A stretch of 64,000 bases of DNA from Dissulfurispiraceae bacterium. GTDB taxonomy: Bacteria > Nitrospirota > Thermodesulfovibrionia > Thermodesulfovibrionales > Dissulfurispiraceae. This document shows positions 27,715-37,253 of this stretch, in pieces. Both the position numbers and the translations under genes were made by a program. The stretch covers positions 18,820 to 82,819 of the forward strand of contig DATHDG010000011.1 in assembly GCA_035319125.1 (NCBI GenBank), read 5' to 3'. Each line of letters starts with the position of its first letter. Positions within the stretch are counted from its first letter, which is position 1. Below the pieces are notes generated by a model. The model had not been told where the DNA came from. It saw nothing but the letters and a program-made list of their open reading frames with translations, and did no database searches.

Positions 27715-28050
27715 ATGAAGAAATTTTTTGCAGTATCGTCGGCGACTGTTGCTATATGCATTATGATTGCGGGAGGATCGATAGCGGCCGATAAGAAGCA
27801 CACAAAGATGTCAGGCGAGGTTGAATTCAAGAATCATTGCTCGGAGTGCCATCCGGATGGTGGTAATATCATAAATCCGGCCAAGACCTTACACGCAAAA
27901 GACCTCAAGGCTAATGGTGTTAATAAGGCGTCTGATATTGTGGCAAAGATGAGGAACCCGGGACCCGGCATGACGAAATTCGACAGAAAGACAATGCCTG
28001 ACGCTGAAGCCAAAGCAATTGCGGATTATGTAATGAAGACCTTCAAATAG
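27715..28050 (+). CDS. small soluble class I c-type cytochrome
   Basis: 111 aa with a signal peptide, CSECHP and a downstream GPGMTKF Met ligand region. AGGAGG lies upstream. Confidence 0.8.
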   Translation: MKKFFAVSSATVAICIMIAGGSIAADKKHTKMSGEVEFKNHCSECHPDGGNIINPAKTLHAKDLKANGVNKASDIVAKMRNPGPGMTKFDRKTMPDAEAKAIADYVMKTFK

Positions 28051-28067
28051 AGTATTGGTCGGACAAG

Positions 28068-28097
28068 ATACAGGGCATGTTATTGCATGCCCTGTAT
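28068..28097. terminator. hairpin between convergent genes (probable terminator)
   Basis: A 12-bp stem ATACAGGGCATG / CATGCCCTGTAT with a 6-nt loop, lying between the cytochrome c stop (28050) and the lipoprotein stop (28121). The U tract is weak. Confidence 0.5.
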
Positions 28098-28120
28098 TAA
28101 ATACGTGCTAAGAAGAAGCG

Positions 28121-28507
28121 CTACCACATGCTCTGCTTTGGTGACGTTTTCCAGAAGCCGCTGCTATTATTGTCACTGTTCAGTTTACATCCTTTACCTT
28201 CTGATTGAGCATCAACGATGATGTCCCGCTGATTGATACGCCAATGAATGAAGCAGTTTTCGCTTACCGGCTCGACAAAAGCATAATATCCGTTGGCAAG
28301 GGGGTATGTCTTTTCCTGCCATCCTATTTTTGATGCGTAGGAATTCGGATTTTTCATCTGCTGTTTAAGCTCGTCCAATGGCCTCGAAATCCATTCATTG
28401 GATATTTCCTCAATGGATGTTTGGTGAGCGCAGCCTGTCAACACAACCGTCAAAAACAGCAGACGCCACAACATGCCTGATAAAATGGTGCTAACATTCA
28501 TTTTCAT
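28121..28507 (-). CDS. hypothetical lipoprotein
   Basis: 128 aa with a signal peptide ending in the lipobox LTGC. Confidence 0.6.
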   Translation of the reverse strand: MKMNVSTILSGMLWRLLFLTVVLTGCAHQTSIEEISNEWISRPLDELKQQMKNPNSYASKIGWQEKTYPLANGYYAFVEPVSENCFIHWRINQRDIIVDAQSEGKGCKLNSDNNSSGFWKTSPKQSMW

Positions 28508-28647
28508 TACCTCATCTCAAAAGGAAATTTAGAGTTATTCTAACAAATGAACTAAGCATATTTATAGATTTCAGAATTTATTGCCGGTCTTTACTTTTGA
28601 GCGCGAGTAGTGCTAAACAGTATTAATTTCGCTAACGAGAGGGTGCA

Positions 28648-29046
28648 ATGGACATACTATACAAAAACACAAAAAACTTTTCCGCAGGACAGCTGCAGGA
28701 ACTATTTCTTTCGGTTAAGTGGGAGTCGGCAAAATATCCTCGTAAATTGCTATCGTCCATAAGGCAATCAGACATAGTTTACTCCGCCTGGGACGGACAG
28801 AGGCTTGTTGGGCTGATAAACTCCCTGTCGGACGGCGTTCTGAATGTCTATTTCCCTTATCTGCTGGTAAGACCAGAATATCAGGGTGCCGGCATTGGTA
28901 AAAGGCTTGTCGAACTCATGCTACATCAATACAGGGGCTGCGTCAGACTTAGCGTTGTAGCTTTTGACGAGCAGGTAAGCTTCTATGAAAAATGCGGCTT
29001 CAGATTGGGAAGCGGTACGAGTCCGATGTTTATAATAAAAAAATAA
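28648..29046 (+). CDS. GNAT family N-acetyltransferase
   Basis: 132 aa with the acetyl-CoA binding block RPEYQGAGIGKRLVE. Confidence 0.8.
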   Translation: MDILYKNTKNFSAGQLQELFLSVKWESAKYPRKLLSSIRQSDIVYSAWDGQRLVGLINSLSDGVLNVYFPYLLVRPEYQGAGIGKRLVELMLHQYRGCVRLSVVAFDEQVSFYEKCGFRLGSGTSPMFIIKK

Positions 29047-29053
29047 TTTAGTG

Positions 29054-30412
29054 TTAATCTAAAATCTTACCCGGATTCATGAGGTTATTGGGGTCGATCA
29101 ATTGCTTTATATCCTGCATTAGACGCATCTCACGCTCCTTGATCTCCATATTTATATAGGGCAATTTTGCCAGCCCTATGCCATGTTCACCCGATATCGA
29201 TCCGCCCGCTGCAAGGGTATTCTCAAATATTTTTTTCACAAGGGCATGACCCTTCGAATACTCATCAGCATTATTCTTGTCGGCCATGATATTAACATGA
29301 ATATTACCGTCACCGGCATGCCCAAAGCTGACTATTTTAATGCTACTCTCTTCAGAATATTGTCTGAGCTTTCCAAGGATAAAAGATATTTTGTCTCTCG
29401 GCACTACAATGTCTTCATTGATCTTGTTCGGCTTCAGATGGTACAAGGCTGGAGATATGGATCTTCGTGCTTCCCAGAGTTTTTCGCGTGCGATGCTATC
29501 TGCCGCCACAGAGGACTCGCCGCCGAGATCGCGACAGATCGATACGACCTTGTCAGCCTCTTTTTGAATGGCAGCGGGATGCCCATCTATTTCTATTAAA
29601 AGCAGCGCTTCAACATCCGTTGGAATGCCTGTCGGCTTGTATTGCTCGATCACCTGTATGGCGGATCTGTCCAGAAATTCAATAGTCCTCGGTATAACTC
29701 TGGATGCAATTATTCTCGGCACAGCACTTCCGGCTGCTTCGATATCGTTGAACTTTACAAGCAGGGTCACAATATCCTCAGGTCGAGGCAATATTCTCAG
29801 CCGGATCTTTGTTACTACTGCGAGCGTGCCTTCCGCTCCTATTAGAAGTTGTTTAAGGTCATACCCGACAACGCGTTTGAAAGTCCTGCCGCCCAGACTG
29901 ACTACGCTGCCATCAGGAAGTACGGCTTCAAGCTCCAGTACATAATCCCTCGTGACGCCGTATTTGACAGCACTGGGCCCGCCTGCATTTGTGGCAACAT
30001 TGCCGCCTATAGTGCAGATGTTTAGGCTGGCCGGGTCGGGAGGATAAAAAAGGCCATGGTGCTCAAGCTCTCGCTGCAGCCGCCCGTTGACAGTACCTGG
30101 TTCGACTAGTACCGTCATATTGTCTGCATCAATTTCCAATATTTTGCGCATCTTTTCGAAGCTCATGATAATTGAGTCGGCCCGATTTGGTATTGCCGCT
30201 CCTGCCATGCCTGTGCCTGCACCGCGAGGCACTATCTTCAGGTTTTGATCCGCAGCATATTTGACCAGTTTGACGACATCCCCAGTGTCTTTTGGCCAGG
30301 CAACTGCAAGTGGAAGGCCTTCATCAACGATAGAGGAGTCGAAGCCGTAACAAATAAGGTCTTCGTGCTCACTGGATATTTCAATGCCTGATATTTGCGA
30401 AAGATTTACCAT
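29054..30412 (-). CDS. FAD-binding oxidase (GlcD / D-lactate dehydrogenase family)
   Basis: 452 aa with the FAD_binding_4 block IVPRGAGTGMAGAA and the C-terminal GGSISGEHGIGLAK block. Confidence 0.85.
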   Translation of the reverse strand: MVNLSQISGIEISSEHEDLICYGFDSSIVDEGLPLAVAWPKDTGDVVKLVKYAADQNLKIVPRGAGTGMAGAAIPNRADSIIMSFEKMRKILEIDADNMTVLVEPGTVNGRLQRELEHHGLFYPPDPASLNICTIGGNVATNAGGPSAVKYGVTRDYVLELEAVLPDGSVVSLGGRTFKRVVGYDLKQLLIGAEGTLAVVTKIRLRILPRPEDIVTLLVKFNDIEAAGSAVPRIIASRVIPRTIEFLDRSAIQVIEQYKPTGIPTDVEALLLIEIDGHPAAIQKEADKVVSICRDLGGESSVAADSIAREKLWEARRSISPALYHLKPNKINEDIVVPRDKISFILGKLRQYSEESSIKIVSFGHAGDGNIHVNIMADKNNADEYSKGHALVKKIFENTLAAGGSISGEHGIGLAKLPYINMEIKEREMRLMQDIKQLIDPNNLMNPGKILD

Positions 30413-30499
30413 ATGAATAAATTATAATTGCTACCGAGAAGTTCTGTAAATTGATTTATCGCAGGCAGGCTAAAATTGAGTCTGTTGCGCCATCTTTTG

Positions 30500-33400
30500 C
30501 TACGCCACGGCGATATTTTCTGCTTCGCTGAACTTGAGTGAGAGCGCTTTTGAGTTGCCTGGTTCTTCCATCGTTATGCCATAAAGATAATCGGCAGCCT
30601 CCATAGTCGCACGATTATGCGTTATAACAAGGAACTGAGTTTCGTTCGCGAGACTTCTGATCATATTAGCAAACCTCACAGTATTTGCTTCGTCGAGCGG
30701 GGCATCTGCCTCGTCAAGTATGCACAGCGGAGAAGGCTTGATCAGGAACCCGGCAAACAGCAAGGACAGAGATGTCAGAGCCTTTTCTCCACCTGACAGC
30801 AGATTGATGTTCTGCAACTTCTTGCCCGGCGGCTGCGCTATAATGTCAAGCCCGGATTCCAGAATATTCTCTTCATCAGTCAGAATAATATCAGCTCGGC
30901 CTCCACCGAACAATGTAGTGAACACATCGTGAAATTTCTCTCTAAGAGCATCGAAAGCTTCTTTCAATTTTCTTCGCGTAGTGGCATTTATGCGTGTGAT
31001 CGCCTCTTCTAGCTCCGCTATGGAAAGCGTAAGGTCTTGCTGCTGTTTAGACAGAAAATCATGGCGGTTTTTCAGTTCTTCATATTCTTCTATAGCCGCG
31101 ACATTGACCGGCCCCATCGACTGAAGGGTTTCGTTCAACTCGGCGATCTTTTGGCTATCTTCATCGGGATCGAACCCATCAACTATTATCTCTTCCTTGT
31201 GTATTTCAATAATGTATTTTTGCAATATTGATGTTTCAACATTCTCCAGCCTGACCCTATTTTCAGCAAAAGTGGTATTGTTATCGGCAAGCTGCTGAGA
31301 AAGATCATCGATTTGCGTGCGGAGTTCTTTTAGTGCTTCATCTTTTGAAACAAGTTCGAGATTTTCGCTATTAATGATCTCTTTGCGTTCTGAACGTTCC
31401 CGGTCTATTGCTGCAGCTTCAGCAACAAGCGTTTTGACTTTCTCTTCAATTCGTTCTATCTCGGCATTTGACGATGCTATTTTTTCTTCAGCTGCTACTA
31501 TATCATCGCGGTCTGAAATCTTCTTCAGCTCAAGCTCTTCAATGGTTGCCGAAATCGTGACGCGTTCTCTTTTTAGGGCCTCCAGTTTCTCATGACAGGC
31601 CACCAGAGACGATTTCATTTCGGCGAGCTGAACACGTTCAGCTTCATACTCTCCCCTGACTGCAGCAAGAGATTCCTGCAAGGCAGATATTTCATTATTT
31701 ATAGAATCCCTCTCTTCATCCAACACAGTTATTTCACTTGTTTTGGCTGCAATTACGGATTGAAGAGAAGACTTTTCGCCTGCAAGGGTTTCAATTTCAC
31801 TTTCAAGAAATGAGAGGCGTCTTTTCATCCTTTCGATTTCCTCGTTTTTGCCCTGCAGTGAGTGGTTAGAAACGGATATCTCCTTTTCGATTTCAATGAG
31901 CATGTTTTCGATGGCTTTTAGCTCTTCCTTTGCTAAGGCCAGTTTTTCGGATGCTGTGCTAATACCTTCTTCCAAGACAGCAATATGGCCTTGACGTGCC
32001 CCGATCTCCTTTTGCAACTCTTTAATCTCTCTCTTTCGCTTCAGTACCTCTTTGCCTTTGCCTGCGATGATAAAACCTTCTGCGGTAATTAATTCTCCAG
32101 CTAAAGTAACAAAAGACAATTCGCAGTGTGCAGAGTTTTTTCGAAGTTCTAAACCGGATACAAGGTCATTTACAACATAAACGTCTTTGAGCATAGAGCG
32201 TGCTATGGCCTGTGCTTCTCCGCTTTCGAAGGTGATAAAGTCGGCAGCCCTTCCGATTACTCCAGCTCCAGTCGGCGCAACAACATTATCGGAAGGCCCA
32301 TTTGCTGTACGGCACAGGTCTGTGTAGAGAATAGATGTTTTGCCTAAATTCTTGTCTCTTATCATGGATACTGCCGCCAGGACGTCCTCTATTTTATCGA
32401 TTATGAGCGAATTTATTTTTTCCGACAAAGCTGCCTCAACGGCTGCTTCATAGTCCTTGCCGGCGCTTATTATATTGGATAGAATGGCCGGCGACAGATG
32501 CTTACTCTCTTCTGACTCTGCGAGGAATTCATATAAAGACTTATCTACTATAAGCTCTTTCAAAGAAGTGAGGCGCGACAGATTGCCGGCAAGCTCTTCC
32601 TTTTCTCTCAATAGCAACGATTTCTTATCCTCTATCTCATCTCGTAATGCAGATATGCCGGCATTGATTTTATCTTGCTGAGTGTAAAGGCGCGACATCT
32701 CGCCTTTTCTACCCTCTATTTCGCCACTTATTTCAGCTATCAGCCTTTCACTATCCAAAAGATTCTTTGTGATAGTCTCTTTGTCACGCTGCGATGATGA
32801 CTCCCTATAGTCGAGCGTCTCAAGCGATGACTGTAATTTATGCAGATCGTTTCTCTTGCCGCTGAGGATGTCGGAATGCTTAAAAAGATCTCTCCTCTTT
32901 TGTTCAAGGCTCGCTTCTTTGTCCCCGATCGCATGTTCTATATTAGCCGCCCAGTCCTTCTTGTCCTTGAGAGCCTCGCCAATCTCATTTGATTGCGCAA
33001 GAAGCTTACTTTCGGTTTCATCGGCTTCGGTCATCTTGGCGATCAGTGATTCCTTCCTGGCGTCCAGTTCTTCGATATGATTATGCAAGCGCATTATATC
33101 TTCTTTTTTATTTTCGGCCATATTGCGCAGAACAGCCGCTTCCTTCTCAAGCTCAGAAATATTTTTCGCTTTATCGTTCAGGCGGCTCTCGAGATCAGCT
33201 AATAGTCTTTCTTTTTCCAGAATTTCTATCCGTTTGGAGGCGATGCCGGCCTCGATGGTAGAAAATTCAGACTTTTTGACTGACAAGGCTTCTTTGAATT
33301 TCTCAATTTCAGCGCTTAGCGATTCAAGAGCACTTCGGAAGCGTAAATAGTCTCTTCTTGCGATCCTAAGATCTATAGCTCTAAATTCATCCATTAGTCT

Positions 33401-34078
33401 CTTATATTTCTCGGCTTTCTTGGCGAGCCTGTCGAGACTGTTGATCTGTCGCTTAACTTCGACAATTATATCATTGATTCTTTGGAGATTTTCCTTTGAT
33501 GAGGCAAGCTTTGATAGCGCCTCTGCTCTTCTGACCTTGTATTTCATGACTCCTGCGACTTCTTCTATAAGGAATCGTCTTTCAAGCGGCTTTGAGTTGA
33601 GAATTTCGGCAATCCTTCCCTGATCCAGTATTGAATAGCTCTTAACATCTAAGCCCGTATCAAGAAATATATCTTTTATGTCTTTAAGTCGGCATGAGCG
33701 CTTATTAAGCATGTAATCACTCTCGCCGGAACGGTATAGGCGCCTGGAAACCTCAATCTTATCTTCCGGAGCGTCATCAGCAGTTTCGCCGTTGCCCTCC
33801 GATTTCTTGCCTTTAAGGGCTGTCGAGAGCACTAACCGCACCTCAGCCATGCCCTTTGACTTCTTGGTTGCAGAGCCCTGGAATATAACTTCCTCCATTT
33901 TCTCTCCGCGGAGGCTCTTGGCGCTTTGCTCACCCAAGACCCACCTGAAGGCATCAACAACATTACTTTTACCACAACCATTAGGCCCGACAATACAGGT
34001 AATTCCATCATGTAGCTGGAGGGTGATCTTATCGCCGAAGGATTTAAAACCTATTAGATCGATCTCTTTTACTTTCAT
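30500..34078 (-). CDS. smc: chromosome segregation protein SMC
   Basis: 1192 aa. N-terminal Walker A GPNGCGKSN, long coiled coils, a hinge, a C-terminal LSGGEKALTSL signature and the Walker B block CILDEADAPLD. Confidence 0.95.
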   Translation of the reverse strand: MKVKEIDLIGFKSFGDKITLQLHDGITCIVGPNGCGKSNVVDAFRWVLGEQSAKSLRGEKMEEVIFQGSATKKSKGMAEVRLVLSTALKGKKSEGNGETADDAPEDKIEVSRRLYRSGESDYMLNKRSCRLKDIKDIFLDTGLDVKSYSILDQGRIAEILNSKPLERRFLIEEVAGVMKYKVRRAEALSKLASSKENLQRINDIIVEVKRQINSLDRLAKKAEKYKRLMDEFRAIDLRIARRDYLRFRSALESLSAEIEKFKEALSVKKSEFSTIEAGIASKRIEILEKERLLADLESRLNDKAKNISELEKEAAVLRNMAENKKEDIMRLHNHIEELDARKESLIAKMTEADETESKLLAQSNEIGEALKDKKDWAANIEHAIGDKEASLEQKRRDLFKHSDILSGKRNDLHKLQSSLETLDYRESSSQRDKETITKNLLDSERLIAEISGEIEGRKGEMSRLYTQQDKINAGISALRDEIEDKKSLLLREKEELAGNLSRLTSLKELIVDKSLYEFLAESEESKHLSPAILSNIISAGKDYEAAVEAALSEKINSLIIDKIEDVLAAVSMIRDKNLGKTSILYTDLCRTANGPSDNVVAPTGAGVIGRAADFITFESGEAQAIARSMLKDVYVVNDLVSGLELRKNSAHCELSFVTLAGELITAEGFIIAGKGKEVLKRKREIKELQKEIGARQGHIAVLEEGISTASEKLALAKEELKAIENMLIEIEKEISVSNHSLQGKNEEIERMKRRLSFLESEIETLAGEKSSLQSVIAAKTSEITVLDEERDSINNEISALQESLAAVRGEYEAERVQLAEMKSSLVACHEKLEALKRERVTISATIEELELKKISDRDDIVAAEEKIASSNAEIERIEEKVKTLVAEAAAIDRERSERKEIINSENLELVSKDEALKELRTQIDDLSQQLADNNTTFAENRVRLENVETSILQKYIIEIHKEEIIVDGFDPDEDSQKIAELNETLQSMGPVNVAAIEEYEELKNRHDFLSKQQQDLTLSIAELEEAITRINATTRRKLKEAFDALREKFHDVFTTLFGGGRADIILTDEENILESGLDIIAQPPGKKLQNINLLSGGEKALTSLSLLFAGFLIKPSPLCILDEADAPLDEANTVRFANMIRSLANETQFLVITHNRATMEAADYLYGITMEEPGNSKALSLKFSEAENIAVA

Positions 34079-34273
34079 ACGACATTAATTGTACTTTCTG
34101 GGGTTAATAAGGGTCAAGCTCAGTTCCGGCATTAATAAATGATAATGAAGCGATAAGTTTTTTTAATTTGACGGTAAACTTTTCCCTATATTAACCTGTA
34201 GTGCAATTTCTGGAGGCACCTGTGTCTCTAATCGTGTAAAAGGTAGTAAAAACAAAATAAAGAGGAGGAATTT

Positions 34274-35458
34274 ATGCCCAAGAAGTACGAAACTCCATTG
34301 CTGGACGAGCTGGAGAAAGGCGCATTCCCGAGCTTTGTCACCGAGATGAAGAAAGCGGCGGCGAAGTCCGACATGGCTGCAGATGAAGTTGGCGTGCTCG
34401 AGAAGTGCTACCGTGAGAAGAAGACTCACTGGAAACATGGCGGTATCGTTGGTGTTAGAGGGTACGGAGGAGGCGTTATCGGAAGGTATTCCGATGTGCC
34501 GGAAGAATTCCCTAATGTTGCTCACTTCCATACTGTTCGTATCAATTCAGTATCGGGTCTTTTTTATACTTCAGCAGCACTTAGAACCGTTTGTGACATC
34601 TGGGACAAATATGGCAGCGGTTTGACGAATATGCACGGGTCAACCGGCGATATGGTTCTTCTCGGAACTACAACTGACAAGCTTGAGCCTGTTTTTGCTG
34701 AATTTTCATCCCGTGGATGGGACCTTGGCGGATCAGGTTCGGCCCTCAGAACGCCTAGCTGTTGTGTAGGTGCGGCAAGATGCGAATGGTCCAATATCGA
34801 CACCATGGGCATAACTTACGCCATTACTCAGGAATTCCAGGATGAGATGCACAGGCCGGCATTCCCGTATAAGTTTAAATTCAAAACCGCAGGATGCGCT
34901 TGCGACTGTATCGCCTCGATAGCTCGCGCAGACTGTTCGATCATCGGAACCTGGAAAGGCAAAATAGCCGTTGATCAGGCCCAGGTAAAGGCTTATGAGA
35001 GCAAGGGCATGAATATACAGACGGAGATCGTTGATATGTGTCCTACCGAGTGTATGAGCTATGACGGCAAAACTCTCAAGATCGACGACGCCAACTGCTC
35101 GCGCTGCATGAACTGCATTGCCAAGATGGGCAAGGCCTTAAAGGCAACTGGCGAGAAGGGTGCAACCATCCTTATAGGCAGCAAGGCCCCGTTTGTCGTC
35201 GGCGCAACTCTTTCATGGGTTATCGTTCCGTTCATTAAGATGGAGCCGCCTTACACCGATTTCTTCGATATGATCAGGAAGATGTGGGAGTGGTGGGATG
35301 AGCACGGAAAGAACAGAGAAAGAATCGGTGAGCTCATTATCCGCCGCGGCATGAGAGAGTTCCTGGAGTATGTCGGACTTGATCCGATTCCGCAGCAGGT
35401 TAAAGAGCCCAGAAGAGATCCGTTCTGGTTCTGGACCGAAGAAGATCTTGTGAAATAA
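34274..35458 (+). CDS. dsrA: dissimilatory sulfite reductase alpha subunit
   Basis: 394 aa. TPLLDELEKGAFPSFV N-terminus, sirohaem/Fe-S Cys blocks (PSCCVGAARCEW, KTAGCACDC) and a ferredoxin insert (CPTECM...CSRCMNC). GAGGAGG SD upstream. Confidence 0.95.
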   Translation: MPKKYETPLLDELEKGAFPSFVTEMKKAAAKSDMAADEVGVLEKCYREKKTHWKHGGIVGVRGYGGGVIGRYSDVPEEFPNVAHFHTVRINSVSGLFYTSAALRTVCDIWDKYGSGLTNMHGSTGDMVLLGTTTDKLEPVFAEFSSRGWDLGGSGSALRTPSCCVGAARCEWSNIDTMGITYAITQEFQDEMHRPAFPYKFKFKTAGCACDCIASIARADCSIIGTWKGKIAVDQAQVKAYESKGMNIQTEIVDMCPTECMSYDGKTLKIDDANCSRCMNCIAKMGKALKATGEKGATILIGSKAPFVVGATLSWVIVPFIKMEPPYTDFFDMIRKMWEWWDEHGKNRERIGELIIRRGMREFLEYVGLDPIPQQVKEPRRDPFWFWTEEDLVK

Positions 35459-35491
35459 TTTTTGAAAAAATAATTATACAGGAGGACTAAT

Positions 35492-36580
35492 ATGGCAGCA
35501 CCACAAAGAAGAACCGACATAGGACCACCTCATTTTAAAGACTTTCTCCCCCCAGTCATTCAGAAGAACTATGGCGATTGGGCGAATCATGAGATATTGA
35601 GCGGCGGCGTGATGGTCCATACCGCCAACAGCGGCGACAAGATTTGGACCGTCAGGTGTGCTTCACCAAGGCTGCTTAGCACTGATACGATAAGATTAGT
35701 TGCCGATATTGCAGAGAAATATTGCGGTGGCCATATGCGTTTTACCACCAGGAACAATATTGAATTTTTGGTCTCCGAGGAGAAAAACCTCAAGCCCCTG
35801 CTTGACGAATTAAAGAAAGACAAATTTTTCTTTGTCGGCGGCATGGGCGACAGCGTCCACGGCTATCACATCACCAATATCGTCCATACCCAGGGATGGA
35901 TCCATTGCCACAGCGCTTGTACTGATGCATCCGGTTTGGTAAAGGTCATCATGGACGATTTGGCCGACTACTTTAACGAGAAGACCACCCCGGGCAAGGT
36001 GAGACTGGCTGTTGCATGCTGCACCAATATGTGCGGCGCTGTCCACTGCTCTGATATTGCGATAGTTGCAATCCACAGGAAGGTCCCGAGGATCGACCAC
36101 GACAACGTGAAGAACATGTGCGAAGTTCCTTCGACCATTGCATGCTGCCCGACCGGCGCCATCAGCCCCGATCCGGCAAAGAAGAGCATCAAGATCAACA
36201 ACGACAAGTGTATGTACTGCGGAAACTGCTATTCCGTATGCCCGGCCCTCCCGATCTCGGATCCGGAGAACGACGGCGTCGCGATCGTTGCAGGCGGCAA
36301 GGTAGGCAGTCTTAGATGCGATCCGAAGTTCTCGAAGCTTGTTATTCCTTACATCCCGAACAACCCGCCGAGATGGCCTGAGGTCACAAGCGCGGTCAGG
36401 AAGATCCTCGAGGCTTATATTGCCGGCGCCAGGAAGCATGAAAGAGTCGGCGAGTGGATCGAAAGGATCGGCTGGGAGAAGTTCTTCGAAATCACTGGAT
36501 TCCCGTTCACTTTCCAGCATATCGATGACTTCACAATCGCCAGGGAGACATTCAGGACATCGGCAGCCTTTAAGTGGTAA
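35492..36580 (+). CDS. dsrB: dissimilatory sulfite reductase beta subunit
   Basis: 362 aa. [32 protein letters not shown] and a ferredoxin insert (CPTGAI...[12 protein letters not shown]). AGGAGG SD upstream. Confidence 0.95.
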   Translation: MAAPQRRTDIGPPHFKDFLPPVIQKNYGDWANHEILSGGVMVHTANSGDKIWTVRCASPRLLSTDTIRLVADIAEKYCGGHMRFTTRNNIEFLVSEEKNLKPLLDELKKDKFFFVGGMGDSVHGYHITNIVHTQGWIHCHSACTDASGLVKVIMDDLADYFNEKTTPGKVRLAVACCTNMCGAVHCSDIAIVAIHRKVPRIDHDNVKNMCEVPSTIACCPTGAISPDPAKKSIKINNDKCMYCGNCYSVCPALPISDPENDGVAIVAGGKVGSLRCDPKFSKLVIPYIPNNPPRWPEVTSAVRKILEAYIAGARKHERVGEWIERIGWEKFFEITGFPFTFQHIDDFTIARETFRTSAAFKW

Positions 36581-36593
36581 TATGACGGCAGAA

Positions 36594-36622
36594 GGAAGGG
36601 AGCCTGCAAGGCTCCCCTTTCC
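36594..36622 (+). other. GC-rich stem-loop in the dsrB-dsrD spacer
   Basis: GGAAGGGAGCC / GGCTCCCCTTTCC pair with one bulge and a ~5-nt loop. No U tract follows. Confidence 0.4.
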
Positions 36623-36654
36623 TGTCAATTGCTGAAAGAAAGGGGTATGACATA

Positions 36655-36870
36655 ATGGAAAAAGAAGAGCTGAAAAAGAAAATATATGAGCTTGTTGAGA
36701 AGTCTATGGGCAAGAAAAAGCTCAAAGGCGGAGATATCAAGAAGACCTTCAAGGCCGAGGGAATCCCCGAGGATGAAATCAAGGATGCTCTTAAAGACCT
36801 TGTTGACGAAGGTAAGCTGATTTACACCTATTTCGGCGGCAGCTACGTGGAAATCCCCCCGAAAGAATAA
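36655..36870 (+). CDS. dsrD: DsrD
   Basis: 71 aa, Lys-rich, directly after dsrB. Its pattern aligns with my memory of Desulfovibrio DsrD: the KKIxxxV N-terminus and a C-terminal LxYxxxGGS block (here LIYTYFGGSYVEI versus LEYWSSGSTTMYGL). Confidence 0.8.
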   Translation: MEKEELKKKIYELVEKSMGKKKLKGGDIKKTFKAEGIPEDEIKDALKDLVDEGKLIYTYFGGSYVEIPPKE

Positions 36871-36894
36871 TTCTGGCTGGGATCAAATAGGAAA

Positions 36895-36938
36895 ACAAAG
36901 CGGATGGCTCTTGGTGCGCCATCCGCTTTGTTTTTTTT
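36895..36938. terminator. bidirectional rho-independent terminator (dsrD / rubredoxin)
   Basis: CAAAGCGGATGG...CCATCCGCTTTG 12-bp stem, with an A-rich tract on the left and T8 on the right. Confidence 0.8.
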
Positions 36939-36953
36939 GGTCAATATATATGG

Positions 36954-37118
36954 CTATTCTTCAACCTTTTTAAAGAACTTTTTCCCGGAGCCGCATACCG
37001 GGCATTTCCAATCTTCCGGAAGGTCTTCGAATTTTGTATCGGGCGGGATTTTACCCTTCCGATCGCCTTTCTTTTCGTTGTAAGTATAGCCGCAATTATT
37101 GCCCTGACATTGCCACAT
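36954..37118 (-). CDS. rubredoxin with C-x4-C first cysteine pair
   Basis: 54 aa, below the track cut-off. Hand translation gives [65 protein letters not shown] lies upstream. Track ORF 36941..37255 is in a different frame and is rejected. Confidence 0.85.
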   Translation of the reverse strand: MWQCQGNNCGYTYNEKKGDRKGKIPPDTKFEDLPEDWKCPVCGSGKKFFKKVEE

Positions 37119-37253
37119 TCTTTTCCCCCCAATTTGACTGTCTGAAAGTTATATAAAACTATATATTCATTATACTTGTTTTGCCTAACCCAAATCATGC
37201 ATGGTGAAAACGTTTTGAGCGGACGTCCGGCCGATGCGTTATAATATAAACTC

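Noticed and set aside
31037-34088. Many 64-98-aa plus-strand ORFs within the smc region
   Set aside because: They are Ser/Leu/Phe-rich antisense translations of a Glu/Lys/Leu-rich coiled-coil gene, a standard artefact.
34168-34194. TTGACG ... TATATT / TATTAA promoter-like elements upstream of dsrA
   Set aside because: The spacing is only 13-15 nt, outside the usual 16-18 nt, so I cannot support a promoter call from sequence alone.
35810-36628. 272-aa ORF antisense to dsrB
   Set aside because: It lies entirely opposite a motif-verified dsrB, has no SD, and its Arg/Ala/Asp-rich low-complexity composition is typical of antisense frames in GC3-rich genes.
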